The notes beneath the pieces were generated by a model. The model was not told the origin of the DNA, did not search any database, and worked only from the letters and a program-made list of their open reading frames with translations. A stretch of 64,000 nt of DNA, from contig JADFNK010000001.1 in the NCBI GenBank assembly GCA_022563405.1, forward strand, positions 33,980 to 97,979, in the 5' to 3' direction. The stretch is from Gemmatimonadota bacterium. GTDB taxonomy: Bacteria > Gemmatimonadota > Gemmatimonadetes > Longimicrobiales > Gaopeijiaceae. Numbering within the stretch: the stretch's first letter is position 1; the number at the start of each line of letters is the position of its first letter. The translations under genes were made by a program, and so were the position numbers. Of this stretch, positions 52,508 through 61,756 are shown piece after piece.

Positions 52508-54124
52508 TCAACAGTCCTCGGCGGAGCCCCATCCTCCTCCGCCGGGAGAACGAATACTGACGACGTCGCCGAGTTGTGCGAAGAACGTAACCTTCGCCGG
52601 AAGCGGCTCCTCACTGCCCTTTCGGATGAGGACGTTTCGGCCGGGGCTCCCGTCATGCCCGCCCCGTGCACCCGAGGGCCGTCGGCTCCGGCGCTCGGAG
52701 AGGAGCGTTACGGTTGCCTCGCACAGTAGCTGTACGTCCCTGCGAAGACCGTCTCCGCCCTGGTAAAACCCGGCACCCCCACTCTTCCGCCTCAATGAAT
52801 ATCGGGTGATCCGGAAGGGATAGGCGTGTTCAAGGGCCTCGATGGGAGTGTTGAGGGAGTTCGACATATGGGTGTGTACACCAGAAAGTCCATGTCCGGC
52901 AGGACCCGCACCCATCCCTCCCCCGACGGTCTCGTAGTAGGCGAAATTGGCTCCGTTCCTGGGATCCACCCCCCCGATGGTCATGTTGTTCATCGTGCCT
53001 TGGGAAAGTGCAGGCATGAGGTCCGGAAGGGCACGCGCGAACGCCTGGAAAAGGACGTCCGTGATGCGCTGGCTGGTCTCGACATTCCCGGCCGCAACAC
53101 TCGCGGGAAGGCTGGCGTTCACCACCGAGTTTTCCGGCAGGATCAGCCGGACCATCGACATGGAGCCGCCGCCGGCCGGGAGCGATTCGCCTAGGAGGGC
53201 CTCCACGACGCAGCGTACGGTGTACCTCGTGGCGGAGTGGGTGATGGCCCTTACGGCGTTGATCCCGCCCTTCACTTGAGGGCTGCTCCCCGTAAAGTCG
53301 ACATCGAGACCGTCGCGGTGTCGGACGAGCTTCACACGAATCGGGATGTCCACGGTTCCGAATCCGTCGTCGTCCATGAAGTCCTCGGCCTCGTACTCAC
53401 CGCGCTCGATGTGTGCGAGGCCGGCCTCCACGAGTCGATCCGCGTACTCGACCAACAAGTCCATGGCCGCCGTTGTCGCCGTGTCGCCGCGTCGTTTGAC
53501 GATCTCAAGTAGCCGGGACGCGCCCACGTGCAGGGCGGCAAGTTGGGCGTCGAGGTCACCACTTCGTTCGGTCGGGGTTCGGACGTTTGCCAGTATGAGG
53601 TTCCACACCCCTTCTTCGCGTACGCCTCCCCTGTAGAGGTAGACGGGTGGGATGCGTAGTCCCTCCTGATAGATCTCCTGGGCCAGCGGCATCGATCCGG
53701 GGCTCATCCCGCCGACGTCCGAGTGATGGGCCCTCGACGCCACATAAGCGAGCGGTGTGCTGCGGTTCGGGTCGTGGACCGGCGAAATCAAAGTGATGTC
53801 GGGTAGATGTGTACCGCCCCGGAAGGGATCGTTCAGGCAGACGACGTCTCCGGCGTCGAGCGGGCCGAGTTCGCTGAGGGCAGACTCTACGCTCAGCGGC
53901 ATTGCGCCCAGGTGGACCGGCATGTGGTCCCCTAGAGCGACGGGCGCGCCCGTCGCTGAAAAGAGCGCGCACGAGTAATCTCGACGTTCCTTGATGTTGG
54001 GTGAGAAGGAGGCTCGCCGGAGCGCGGCGCCCATCTCTTCGGTCAAGGCCGTAAAGAGGTGACGGAAAATCTCAAGCGCTATGGCGTCGGGCTCCTCCCG
54101 TCCCGTTGGCCGACTATCGAGCAT
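52508..54124 (-). CDS. Hydantoinase B/oxoprolinase family protein (HyuB-like)
   Basis: 538 aa. NDPFRGGTHLPD, FYQGGDGL, and full-length HyuB-like layout. No HyuA partner is visible in the window. Confidence 0.88.
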   Translation of the reverse strand: MLDSRPTGREEPDAIALEIFRHLFTALTEEMGAALRRASFSPNIKERRDYSCALFSATGAPVALGDHMPVHLGAMPLSVESALSELGPLDAGDVVCLNDPFRGGTHLPDITLISPVHDPNRSTPLAYVASRAHHSDVGGMSPGSMPLAQEIYQEGLRIPPVYLYRGGVREEGVWNLILANVRTPTERSGDLDAQLAALHVGASRLLEIVKRRGDTATTAAMDLLVEYADRLVEAGLAHIERGEYEAEDFMDDDGFGTVDIPIRVKLVRHRDGLDVDFTGSSPQVKGGINAVRAITHSATRYTVRCVVEALLGESLPAGGGSMSMVRLILPENSVVNASLPASVAAGNVETSQRITDVLFQAFARALPDLMPALSQGTMNNMTIGGVDPRNGANFAYYETVGGGMGAGPAGHGLSGVHTHMSNSLNTPIEALEHAYPFRITRYSLRRKSGGAGFYQGGDGLRRDVQLLCEATVTLLSERRSRRPSGARGGHDGSPGRNVLIRKGSEEPLPAKVTFFAQLGDVVSIRSPGGGGWGSAEDC

Positions 54125-54208
54125 GAGTTAGCTTTAATGGCTAAGGTAGTGTCGCATACATCTGGACCGGATATTGTATCCGTTCAAAGGGAATACAGGG
54201 AGGTGTGA

Positions 54209-54598
54209 GTGCCAATAGAGAAGATTTTTGCGCAGGCTCGGGACGAGTTGTTCAGCCACATCAATCGATGCGGCGTGCTGAGCGCCACGGATGACGACCG
54301 AACGACGTGGATGACCGAGACCATCGACTATATCGGTGAGCGTTATCCGGATCTGGTGGATCCCGATCTCCGTGAGCTCCATGCGGTCGGTATCAGGTTC
54401 TGTCAGCCGGCCATCAACAACGTGCCTGCTGCCGTAGTAGCGGGACCAGGGGCCGAGCCGGCATCCGAGGCTACAGCCGACGAGGCTACGGCTACGGATG
54501 TGCCCGAAGCAGCAGATACACCCGAAGCCGTAGAGAAGCCCGAAGCGGTAGATGCACCCGAGGCCGTGGATGCGCCGCAGGCCGCCGCCGCACAGTAA
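54209..54598 (+). CDS. Hypothetical acidic protein with C-terminal PEAVDA hexapeptide repeats
   Basis: 129 aa, GTG start preceded by GGAGG. The tail reads PEAADT PEAVEK PEAVDA PEAVDA PQAAAA. Confidence 0.55.
   Translation: MPIEKIFAQARDELFSHINRCGVLSATDDDRTTWMTETIDYIGERYPDLVDPDLRELHAVGIRFCQPAINNVPAAVVAGPGAEPASEATADEATATDVPEAADTPEAVEKPEAVDAPEAVDAPQAAAAQ
54503..54592 (+). repeat. 5 x 18-bp in-frame tandem repeat (PEAVDA units)
   Basis: CCCGAAGC(N)G(N)AGA(N)(N)C(N) units read directly from the sequence. Confidence 0.8.
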
Positions 54599-54692
54599 GC
54601 TTCTCCGACGTCCTAGCCGACCCCGGGCTGGACCAGACAGGGGCGCCAACGCTGTCCCAGAGCTTACCCACATCACTCTGATCGTCCGTCCT

Positions 54693-54727
54693 ACGGCGGG
54701 AAGCTGCGTCTTCCCGCCGTTTTCTCC
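54693..54727 (+). terminator. Rho-independent terminator
   Basis: Stem ACGGCGGGAAG / CTTCCCGCCGT, loop CTGCGT, then TTTCTCC. Confidence 0.7.
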
Positions 54728-54895
54728 TCTTGGATAGGGCGGCAAGGTTGTCCGCGGCAGGCTGAGCGGGGGTGCTGGCGCACACTTCGGACACATAGTA
54801 TGTTGCCGCCCCAGTTGGCGGGACTGATGAGTACGCGCCTGTCGAAAGGGTGACCCGGACGCCTCTATGAGGGACGCTCAAGAAACGGAATTGCG

Positions 54896-55297
54896 GTGTG
54901 GCGTGCGTCGAAACGGCTCATGACCGGCGCCCGTAAGGACCCGAGTGTGGCGGCGGAGAGCGGCCAACGCCTGATACTCGCGGATGAGGATGGCCTCCTT
55001 TCCATCTATTACGAGGGAGGGCGTCTGCCTTCTCCGTCGGGCGGATTCCTGATGGTCCTGGGGGTTCAGCCTGAGGCCGAGGGGGCGGGTTCGGTCTTCC
55101 TGGAGTGCACGTCGTCGTCGCTTCGGTACCGGATGAGTGTGCCCAAGGCCACGCGCGCCGAGAGGAAGAAGGTGCGGGACCTGATCGACGAGGGCCGTGA
55201 TCCGGAATGTCCCCGGCACCAGGGTCAACTCCTGGTGCGAATACGTCACGATCTTGCTTGCTCGAGGTGTGGTGTACGGTATGCCAAGGCGAAGTAG
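54896..55297 (+). CDS. Hypothetical zinc-ribbon-like protein
   Basis: 133 aa. DPECPRHQGQL...CSRCG is paralogous in motif to the 20422..20661 product. Start uncertain. Confidence 0.45.
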   Translation: MWRASKRLMTGARKDPSVAAESGQRLILADEDGLLSIYYEGGRLPSPSGGFLMVLGVQPEAEGAGSVFLECTSSSLRYRMSVPKATRAERKKVRDLIDEGRDPECPRHQGQLLVRIRHDLACSRCGVRYAKAK

Positions 55298-55408
55298 TGG
55301 CCGGCGAGGGTCAGGGTGGTTATCGCCACGGGCGTCCATTACATTTGCGCTGTTCGCCCTCGAAGGCCGTCCTTTGGCAGCCCTCTAACGTAAGGAGCTT
55401 TTGTCGCG

Positions 55409-56506
55409 ATGGCAGAGGGTTTCCTCAGTTCTGAGGAGTACGACGAAAAAGCTCATCAGCTCTACAACAGTGGGGATTACGAAGGGGCCCTCGAGACGCT
55501 CAAAGAGGGCCTCTCGATTTATCCCAACGCAGTTGAACTCTGCGTGGGGATGGGCTACGCACGTCTCGCCCGGGAGGAGTATGCATGGGCGCGCAGGGCG
55601 TTCGACCGTGCGCTCGTTCTTGATCAAGGGCATGAGGACGCCCTGGTCGGGTTAGGCGAGACACTGCTCCGCTTCGGGGAGCGTGACGCCGCGCTCGCAC
55701 TGTTCGAGCGAGTCGCCGCGCTGGGGTTCGAGGACGACGTGGAGCTGATGCTGACGGTGGGGCGGGCGCTTTATCGCGAAAGCCTTTACGCCGAAAGCCG
55801 GGATGTGTTCGCCAAGGCCGCCGCCGCCCGTCCCGACAGTGCGGAGGTCGCGGCCTCGCTTGGCTACGCACTCCATCGGCTTGGCGAGGAGGTAGGGGCC
55901 GGGCGTCAGATCCGGAGGTCCCTCCGCCTCGATCCCGATCTCCATGAAGCCAGAATCTATCTCGGCCATCTCTTGTATGATCGCGGAGACTGGGAGGGAG
56001 CACTCCGCGAGTTCGAACGTGTCCCGCCGCTCGATCACTGGGACGCGTTGGCGGTGTGGCGTCTCGTCGAGCTAAAACGAGCGCTCTGGCAGGTGGAAGA
56101 CGGGGACCTGAGGATCAAGCCCTGGCAAAAGCGCTTGGACGAGCTCGAGGCGCTCCATGATCCCATCGACCGTTTACTCGCTGAAGTCGAAGCACAGGTC
56201 AACGGTGGTGAACGATCGCTTGTCGACCCGAGTCAGCTCGAACTCTTCGAGCGGGGTGAACGAAAAGGCGCCACGGAGTCGCATGAGGTCCGAATTGGCG
56301 ATGGGCACCTGTTCCGCGGAACATGGCAAGGTATCGTGCGGCAGATGAGAGATCAGGCCGGATTTTCACACGAGTCTCTATCCCAGTACATGAGACGGCT
56401 GGCGGAGCGTTGGCACGAACAGCTCGGCGTGGAGATTCCCTTTGCCGATCCCGAGACCTTCCTCGAGGCTGCCATTCGTGCCGGCGTGGTGTATCTCGAA
56501 GACTAG
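55409..56506 (+). CDS. TPR-repeat protein
   Basis: 365 aa. About 6 TPR-like units, then a non-TPR C-terminal ~120 aa. Confidence 0.8.
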   Translation: MAEGFLSSEEYDEKAHQLYNSGDYEGALETLKEGLSIYPNAVELCVGMGYARLAREEYAWARRAFDRALVLDQGHEDALVGLGETLLRFGERDAALALFERVAALGFEDDVELMLTVGRALYRESLYAESRDVFAKAAAARPDSAEVAASLGYALHRLGEEVGAGRQIRRSLRLDPDLHEARIYLGHLLYDRGDWEGALREFERVPPLDHWDALAVWRLVELKRALWQVEDGDLRIKPWQKRLDELEALHDPIDRLLAEVEAQVNGGERSLVDPSQLELFERGERKGATESHEVRIGDGHLFRGTWQGIVRQMRDQAGFSHESLSQYMRRLAERWHEQLGVEIPFADPETFLEAAIRAGVVYLED

Positions 56507-56531
56507 GACTCCTTTCAACAGCTTTCTGACC

Positions 56532-57491
56532 ATGCCACAGTCCGGAGATGTTCTTGAGCGTTTCATCAAGGCGCTCGTACTGGAGATCACGTCTACCCGT
56601 CCCGAGTACCTGACCACTCCGTTCACGGTCGCGGAGATCTACCAGGACCTCGTTCCTTACCGATCCCACCGGGCTTTGATCGGGGTCGAGATGAACGGGG
56701 ACTACGAGGAAGCACTCTTGCAGATGCTCTCTGGCGAGGGCGACTGCCTCCTCCTCGACTCTGCGGTTGCGCGCCAGGAGATGCAGGACGAACTCGCCAG
56801 CTCGAATCCAAACACTGGGCTGTTCCATGATTTTGCGGCGGTGGACGTCCGTTTACATCCCGGGCGGGTGCCCCTGGACGCGGGCCGCGGATCCGCAACG
56901 GGACACGGCGAGGCTTCAGAAGCGGACACCACCGATCGGCAGATGGCCCCGACGAGGGGAGCGGACGTCGAGTTGGAGGTCGAGAGGGAGTTAGAGGCAG
57001 AGAGAGAGTTAGAGGTTGAGCGGGAGTTGGAGGCAGAGAGAGAGTTAGAGGCTGAGCGGGAGTCGCAGGCTGAGACGGAGCAGAACACCCCAGTGGAAAT
57101 CGCCCCAAGAGCAGCCGAAGTGGGGGGCACGGGGCCAGCCGATCCGGCGACGGTGCCCCCGGACGGAGGCGATCCGGTGGAGCTCTTGAGGGCCGAACCC
57201 GGAGCGTCCGGCGAGGACGGCGTGGTGGGTCACATTGAGACGGCTTCTGCGCCGCCGCCGACCTCGTCTGAAGAGGCGGCACGTGACCGCAGGGTTCCGA
57301 CGGACGGCCAGCCCGGTGATGTCTTGATGGTGTGTCACTGGTGCCGTGAGACCCTTCCGGTGCGCGATTCTGTCCATTTCTGCCCGTTCTGTGGCAGCGA
57401 CCTTCGCCCGTCTCCGTGTCGCGAGTGTGGCGAGGCGATGGAGGCCCGGTGGCATTTCTGCGTCTCCTGTGGGGCCGATGTACGCGGTTAG
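56532..57491 (+). CDS. Hypothetical protein with ELE[AV]ER repeats and a C-terminal double zinc ribbon
   Basis: Internal ATG (MPQSGDVLERF...) of ORF 56442..57491. CHWC...CPFCG...CRECG...CVSCG gives 4 CxxC pairs. Confidence 0.62.
   Translation: MPQSGDVLERFIKALVLEITSTRPEYLTTPFTVAEIYQDLVPYRSHRALIGVEMNGDYEEALLQMLSGEGDCLLLDSAVARQEMQDELASSNPNTGLFHDFAAVDVRLHPGRVPLDAGRGSATGHGEASEADTTDRQMAPTRGADVELEVERELEAERELEVERELEAERELEAERESQAETEQNTPVEIAPRAAEVGGTGPADPATVPPDGGDPVELLRAEPGASGEDGVVGHIETASAPPPTSSEEAARDRRVPTDGQPGDVLMVCHWCRETLPVRDSVHFCPFCGSDLRPSPCRECGEAMEARWHFCVSCGADVRG
56970..57077 (+). repeat. 6 x 18-bp in-frame tandem repeat (ELEVER/ELEAER units)
   Basis: GAGTT(R)GAGG(N)(N)GAG(M)G(R) units read directly. 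The last unit is degenerate (ESQAET). Confidence 0.85.
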
Positions 57492-57936
57492 GAGCCTAGG
57501 GGCTCTCGCCTGTCTGGCCGTCGTAGGATGCGGGATCGAGACCAAGACGCGCCTCGAGGTAAGCGGGGTGGACAGCACGGATCTACACGCAGACATCGCC
57601 GCCGTTGCTCAGGTCATTCGGCTTTCTGGCGGCCGCGACGTTGAGCATGTGGTCCCGCCCCACCTGGAGATCGACCTCGGGGAGTGGGTCCAGTTCGTAT
57701 CCCTGGACCGCCGTGTGCACACGGTGTCCTTCGCGCCCGACTCTCTTTCGCCGGAGGCCCTGGTCTACCTGATCGACACCGGCCAGCTCGAGGGCCCACC
57801 ACTTCTCGTTCTCGGAAGTCGATTCCTCGTCGATTTTCGAGAGGCGCCCCCAGGTCGGTACGTTTTTTCGAGCACGAGCCATGGCGACCCTGTCTTTGGC
57901 AGCATTACCGTGCGGGAGATCTCGGCGAATCCGTAA
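57478..57936 (+). CDS. Hypothetical lipoprotein (small beta-rich, cupredoxin-like impression only)
   Basis: Internal ATG (MYAVRSLGALACLAVVGCG...) of ORF 57346..57936. Lipobox VVGC. Overlaps the previous stop by 14 nt. Confidence 0.55.
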   Translation: MYAVRSLGALACLAVVGCGIETKTRLEVSGVDSTDLHADIAAVAQVIRLSGGRDVEHVVPPHLEIDLGEWVQFVSLDRRVHTVSFAPDSLSPEALVYLIDTGQLEGPPLLVLGSRFLVDFREAPPGRYVFSSTSHGDPVFGSITVREISANP

Positions 57937-57984
57937 ACCTTGCGGGTGCCGCGGGCACTACCGCGCCGGTGCTTGCCCGTGCCG

Positions 57985-58014
57985 GCGGCCCGCCGTACTC
58001 CGTTCAAACGCCTC
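57985..58014 (-). repeat. Conserved intergenic element, degenerate copy D (reverse orientation)
   Basis: The minus strand reads GAGGCGTTTGAACGGAGTACGGCGGGCCGC. Similar to copies A-C with one 1-nt indel. Lies 14-43 nt upstream of the thiolase ATG. Confidence 0.4.
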
Positions 58015-58027
58015 GAGGGTGACCTAG

Positions 58028-59233
58028 ATGGGAACACAAGGACACACCAAGGACATTGTGGTTCTCTCCGGAAAGAGGACTCCGTTCGGAACCTTCGGTG
58101 GAAGCTTGAAGAGCTTCACGGCGACAGATCTCGCGGTTTTCTCGAGTGTCGCTGCGATCGAGGTCGCTGGCGTGGATCCGGGCCAGATCGATCACTCGTT
58201 CTTCGGAAACGCACTCCAGACCTCTTCGGATGCGATTTACCTTGCCCGACACGTGGCATTACGGTCGGGCGTGCCTCAGGAAAGCCCGGCGCTGACCGTA
58301 AACAGGCTGTGTGGGTCCGGGTTCGAAGCGATCGTCCAGGGGGCCAAGGAGATTCTGCTCGGGGGAGCCGAGCTGACGTTATGCGGCGGCTCGGAGTCCA
58401 TGAGCCAGGCGCCCCACGTCATACGCGGTGCGCGCTGGGGACAGCTTCGCCTGGGGCCGGCCGGAAACTCTTTCGAGGACCTCCTTTGGGAGGCGCTCAG
58501 TGACTCCAACTGCGATATGACGATGGCGCAGACTGCGGAGGAATTGGCAGAGCGCTACGAAGTGACCCGTGAAGAGGCCGATCAAGTCGCGGTCCGCAGC
58601 CAGCAGCGTGCCAAGGCTGCATGGGACGGCGGTTACTTCGCCGCCGAGATCGTTCCCGTCATGATCGAGAGCCGAAAGGGGGAGCAGGAGTTCGGGCACG
58701 ACGAACACATGCGGCCCGACACCACATTGGAAGTGCTGAGCGGCCTTCGGCCGTTCTTCAAGAAGGATGGTCTGGTGACCGCGGGTAACGCCAGCGGGAT
58801 CGGCGACGGAGCAGCGAGCGCTCTGCTCGCCGCGGCGGATTGGGCCGATCGAAATGGGATCCAGCCTCTGGGCCGCATCGTGTCATGGGGATTCGCGGGT
58901 GTGGAGCCACGGATCATGGGTATTGGACCGGCCCCCGCCTCCCGTCTGGCTCTTGAAAACGCGGGTTTGACGTTGGACGATATGGACTTGGTGGAGGTGA
59001 ACGAAGCGTTTGCGGCCCAGTACATGGCGGTCGAGAAGGAACTCGGACTCGATCCGGCCATCACGAACGTAAACGGCGGGGCGATCGCGCTCACTCACCC
59101 CCTCGCGGCGTCAGGGGCGCGCATCACGATCCATCTTCTCCACGAATTGAGGCGGAGGGGTGGGCGGTACGGCCTTGGGGCTGCTTGTATCGGTGGGGGG
59201 CAGGGTGGCGCAGTGATCGTGGAGGCGCTGTAA
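58028..59233 (+). CDS. Acetyl-CoA C-acetyltransferase (thiolase II)
   Basis: 401 aa. VNRLCGSG with the active Cys, NGGAIALTHPL, GAACIGGGQG. Confidence 0.95.
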   Translation: MGTQGHTKDIVVLSGKRTPFGTFGGSLKSFTATDLAVFSSVAAIEVAGVDPGQIDHSFFGNALQTSSDAIYLARHVALRSGVPQESPALTVNRLCGSGFEAIVQGAKEILLGGAELTLCGGSESMSQAPHVIRGARWGQLRLGPAGNSFEDLLWEALSDSNCDMTMAQTAEELAERYEVTREEADQVAVRSQQRAKAAWDGGYFAAEIVPVMIESRKGEQEFGHDEHMRPDTTLEVLSGLRPFFKKDGLVTAGNASGIGDGAASALLAAADWADRNGIQPLGRIVSWGFAGVEPRIMGIGPAPASRLALENAGLTLDDMDLVEVNEAFAAQYMAVEKELGLDPAITNVNGGAIALTHPLAASGARITIHLLHELRRRGGRYGLGAACIGGGQGGAVIVEAL

Positions 59234-59253
59234 GCGCGTGGGGCGAAATTCGG

Positions 59254-59448
59254 CTAGACCTTGCCCCGGCGCTGACGGCGTCGTTCACGGCGAATGGCCG
59301 CCTCACGTTTCCTCTTCCGCTGGGCGCTCGGCTTTTCGTAAAAGCGACGCTTCCGGAGTTCGGAATAGAGACCCGACCGCTGCACCTTACGCTTGAACCG
59401 GCGAAGGGCCCGTTCGAGGCTTTCGTTGTCCTGAATAGTTACTTCCAA
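59254..59448 (-). CDS. rpsU: 30S ribosomal protein S21
   Basis: 64 aa. [31 protein letters not shown]. Confidence 0.93.
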   Translation of the reverse strand: MEVTIQDNESLERALRRFKRKVQRSGLYSELRKRRFYEKPSAQRKRKREAAIRRERRRQRRGKV

Positions 59449-59538
59449 AAGATCACCACTCCCTGCGGTAGGTCGAATCCAAAAAGATAACCGATCGAAT
59501 GTCCGACCAGGGAGAAAAAAATAGTGGCTACGGCCGGA

Positions 59539-60237
59539 TCAGGGAAGTCTTCGTTCACGGTGGAGGGTGTGGCTGTACAGCATGTACTCCTCCGTATGGG
59601 CCAGGAAGTCCTCGACCCACACTTCGAACGGCGGCATGGGAATACGTGCCTCGATGTACTCGATGACCAGCATCCCCAGCTGCAATCGATCCTTGGCACC
59701 GAAGTCTACCCGTTGGCCCTCCAGAATCGAGGCGACGGCGGCCTCGAAGCATTCAGGGTCAACGAGAGTGATGAAATGGCACACCTGATCAAGCCGATAG
59801 GATTGGTAGAGAGATCGGAGTTGGGCCGTGTCCGACATCCCGTCGGAGGCATCCAGGTGTCCTTCGGCGGAGGCTGAGAGCTCCTCCGAATTCTTCAGCA
59901 GCAACTTCCTGAACCAACGTCGGGTCTTGGGAGACTGCCGGGCCTCGTCTCCTCGCCTCGTGTGCATGGCCGAGGAGAGCAACGCTCGGAAAAGCGGCCG
60001 CCCCAGTCCGCGCGCCTTATGATCAATCTCCGCTTCAGACGCTTCGATGAAGATATCGGCGGTCCGAACCTCGTCTGATTCTCCGTCGCTGTCCTGAGGA
60101 CGGAACGTGACGTGCCCGTGCCACTGGCCATCCCGACCGACGAAGGTCACGAGAAAACAAGACCAGGTTTCCTGTTCCCAGTCCAGAAATCCGAGCGATC
60201 GCCGGCGGGATCGGTCGATGAGAGCGTGTTCCGTCAA
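59539..60237 (-). CDS. Hypothetical two-domain protein (N-domain + C-domain of a locally repeated family)
   Basis: 232 aa. N-domain: LVTFVGRDGQWHGHVTF...VRTADIFIEASEAEIDHKARGLGRPLFRALLSS. C-domain: LRSLYQSYRLDQVCHFITLVDPE...IPMPPFEVWVEDF. Confidence 0.6.
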   Translation of the reverse strand: MTEHALIDRSRRRSLGFLDWEQETWSCFLVTFVGRDGQWHGHVTFRPQDSDGESDEVRTADIFIEASEAEIDHKARGLGRPLFRALLSSAMHTRRGDEARQSPKTRRWFRKLLLKNSEELSASAEGHLDASDGMSDTAQLRSLYQSYRLDQVCHFITLVDPECFEAAVASILEGQRVDFGAKDRLQLGMLVIEYIEARIPMPPFEVWVEDFLAHTEEYMLYSHTLHRERRLP

Positions 60238-60483
60238 GTCGCCGGTTGAGTAGAGGGTGAGGGATGAAACCTAGAATGCTACCGTGCCGTGGCGTCGGCA
60301 AGCAACCATGAGACCGTGGTAGGCGGAGCCGGTGGGCGTCGGTAGCGTCCCGGTAGGACACCACCTACAGGTGTCTTGCCATAACCGTAAACATATTGTT
60401 ATCGTGGATCAACCAGGACTGGGGAAGACTAGCATTACCGCATTACAAAGGCCTTTTGCGGAGGCTTGCGACGCAGGAACGTA

Positions 60484-60506
60484 CCGGCAGGAATGCCGGA
60501 TTTTTT
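60484..60506 (+). terminator. Short hairpin + U-run inside the 5' leader of the 60595 gene (attenuator or terminator candidate)
   Basis: CCGGCA-GGAA-TGCCGG followed by A-TTTTTT. Only a 6-bp stem. Confidence 0.3.
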
Positions 60507-60594
60507 ACCTGGATACTCTCGGGGGACAGCTTCAGAGGCCCGCCGATACAGACATCGACCACTCGTTCGGACCGTTTCGGACGTAAGGAGAGAC

Positions 60595-61503
60595 ATGGAG
60601 GGGACGACTTTCTCACCGCACTCCGCCGCTCGGCCCGAAGCCATGGCCGATGTACCCGGTGTCTGTGAGCTTCCCCTGACGAGGGCCGTGGTCCACTACC
60701 GCGATCTTCACGAGGTCGATTCGCCCGGCGGGCGGATCCAGGACATCGGACTCGCCCTCGTGCTCGAGGGCCGCTTTGCTTCATCCGCGGAAGCGTTGGA
60801 TCTGGGGAGCTCCACCGTGAAGCTTCTGGATTTGAGTTCGGAATTGGTCGTGCTCGACTGGGTCTATGAGCCGACACTGAAGCACATCAATCGTCTGCTG
60901 ACCGAAAGAGCCCGGGGGGCTGAGGATGTGGACGCTGCTGGACGGCTCGGCGCCTACTCGTTCCAGATGGCCTTGAGCTTGCTCGGCCGGCTCGGGTACG
61001 GGCCGCTCACCCGCCCCACGTTTCTCAGGATTGGATTCCGGGACATATGCCGGGACTTGGATTTTCACGAGGGTACCTCAGTGAGGATAGTCCTCGGCGA
61101 GCATCGCGTTGCACGTGCACACCTCGATTATGACTCGAACTCCTTGGTGTTCAGTACGCCCTCGCCAGAGCCGGACGCATCACTCGAAGCCGCCGTACTC
61201 GAGGTTTTCCCTCGCAGTGACGTCATGCGTATCAGCGAGGCCCACAGCGGTGGGTCTGTGTGTTACCAGGTCCGGCTCCTGTTCCCGGCCAGTTTGGCCG
61301 AGGCCCGTGGGGAGCTCCTTACGATCAGGCGAGGCCTTGGGGCATTGTTGGCCCGCTTCGAGCCGGAGCGCTTCAAGGGGATCGAGCAACATCTCACCAC
61401 CTTCGGATCGCGAGACACACTCTCGCAACTCCGCGTCCGGGAGCGGCGAACCAAGACCGAGGCGCTACAGACCCGTCACGCCGCCAGCGACACCGTCCAC
61501 TAG
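60595..61503 (+). CDS. Hypothetical protein
   Basis: Internal ATG of ORF 60466..61503, preceded by TAAGGAGAGAC. 302 aa. No family recognised. Confidence 0.6.
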   Translation: MEGTTFSPHSAARPEAMADVPGVCELPLTRAVVHYRDLHEVDSPGGRIQDIGLALVLEGRFASSAEALDLGSSTVKLLDLSSELVVLDWVYEPTLKHINRLLTERARGAEDVDAAGRLGAYSFQMALSLLGRLGYGPLTRPTFLRIGFRDICRDLDFHEGTSVRIVLGEHRVARAHLDYDSNSLVFSTPSPEPDASLEAAVLEVFPRSDVMRISEAHSGGSVCYQVRLLFPASLAEARGELLTIRRGLGALLARFEPERFKGIEQHLTTFGSRDTLSQLRVRERRTKTEALQTRHAASDTVH

Positions 61504-61756
61504 CAACTAGCACCCGCCATGACCGTCGATGCGGAGTTGGGCAGGGTGGGGGGGCCGGTGGGGCCGCCGGTTGATCGGCTAGACCACGAGGGTTCGCCAC
61601 GCCATTCGGCGGCCTTGAAGGGACGCTACGAGGAGTATTGTCGGCAGCAGGTATTCCTTCCTCCTGGAGATCATCCCACGTGAGGCGGTGAGGCCGCTTT
61701 ACCGGCGCGCAAGGACTTGGGCGACCGAGAGGGGGGTCCACGAATCCAAAGATCCG

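Noticed and set aside
54824-54847. CTGATGAG...GAAA string resembling the hammerhead ribozyme catalytic core
   Set aside because: The 12 nt between CUGAUGA and GAAA (GUACGCGCCUGUC) cannot form a helix II, and I could not build stems I and III with a cleavage-site triplet. Most likely chance.
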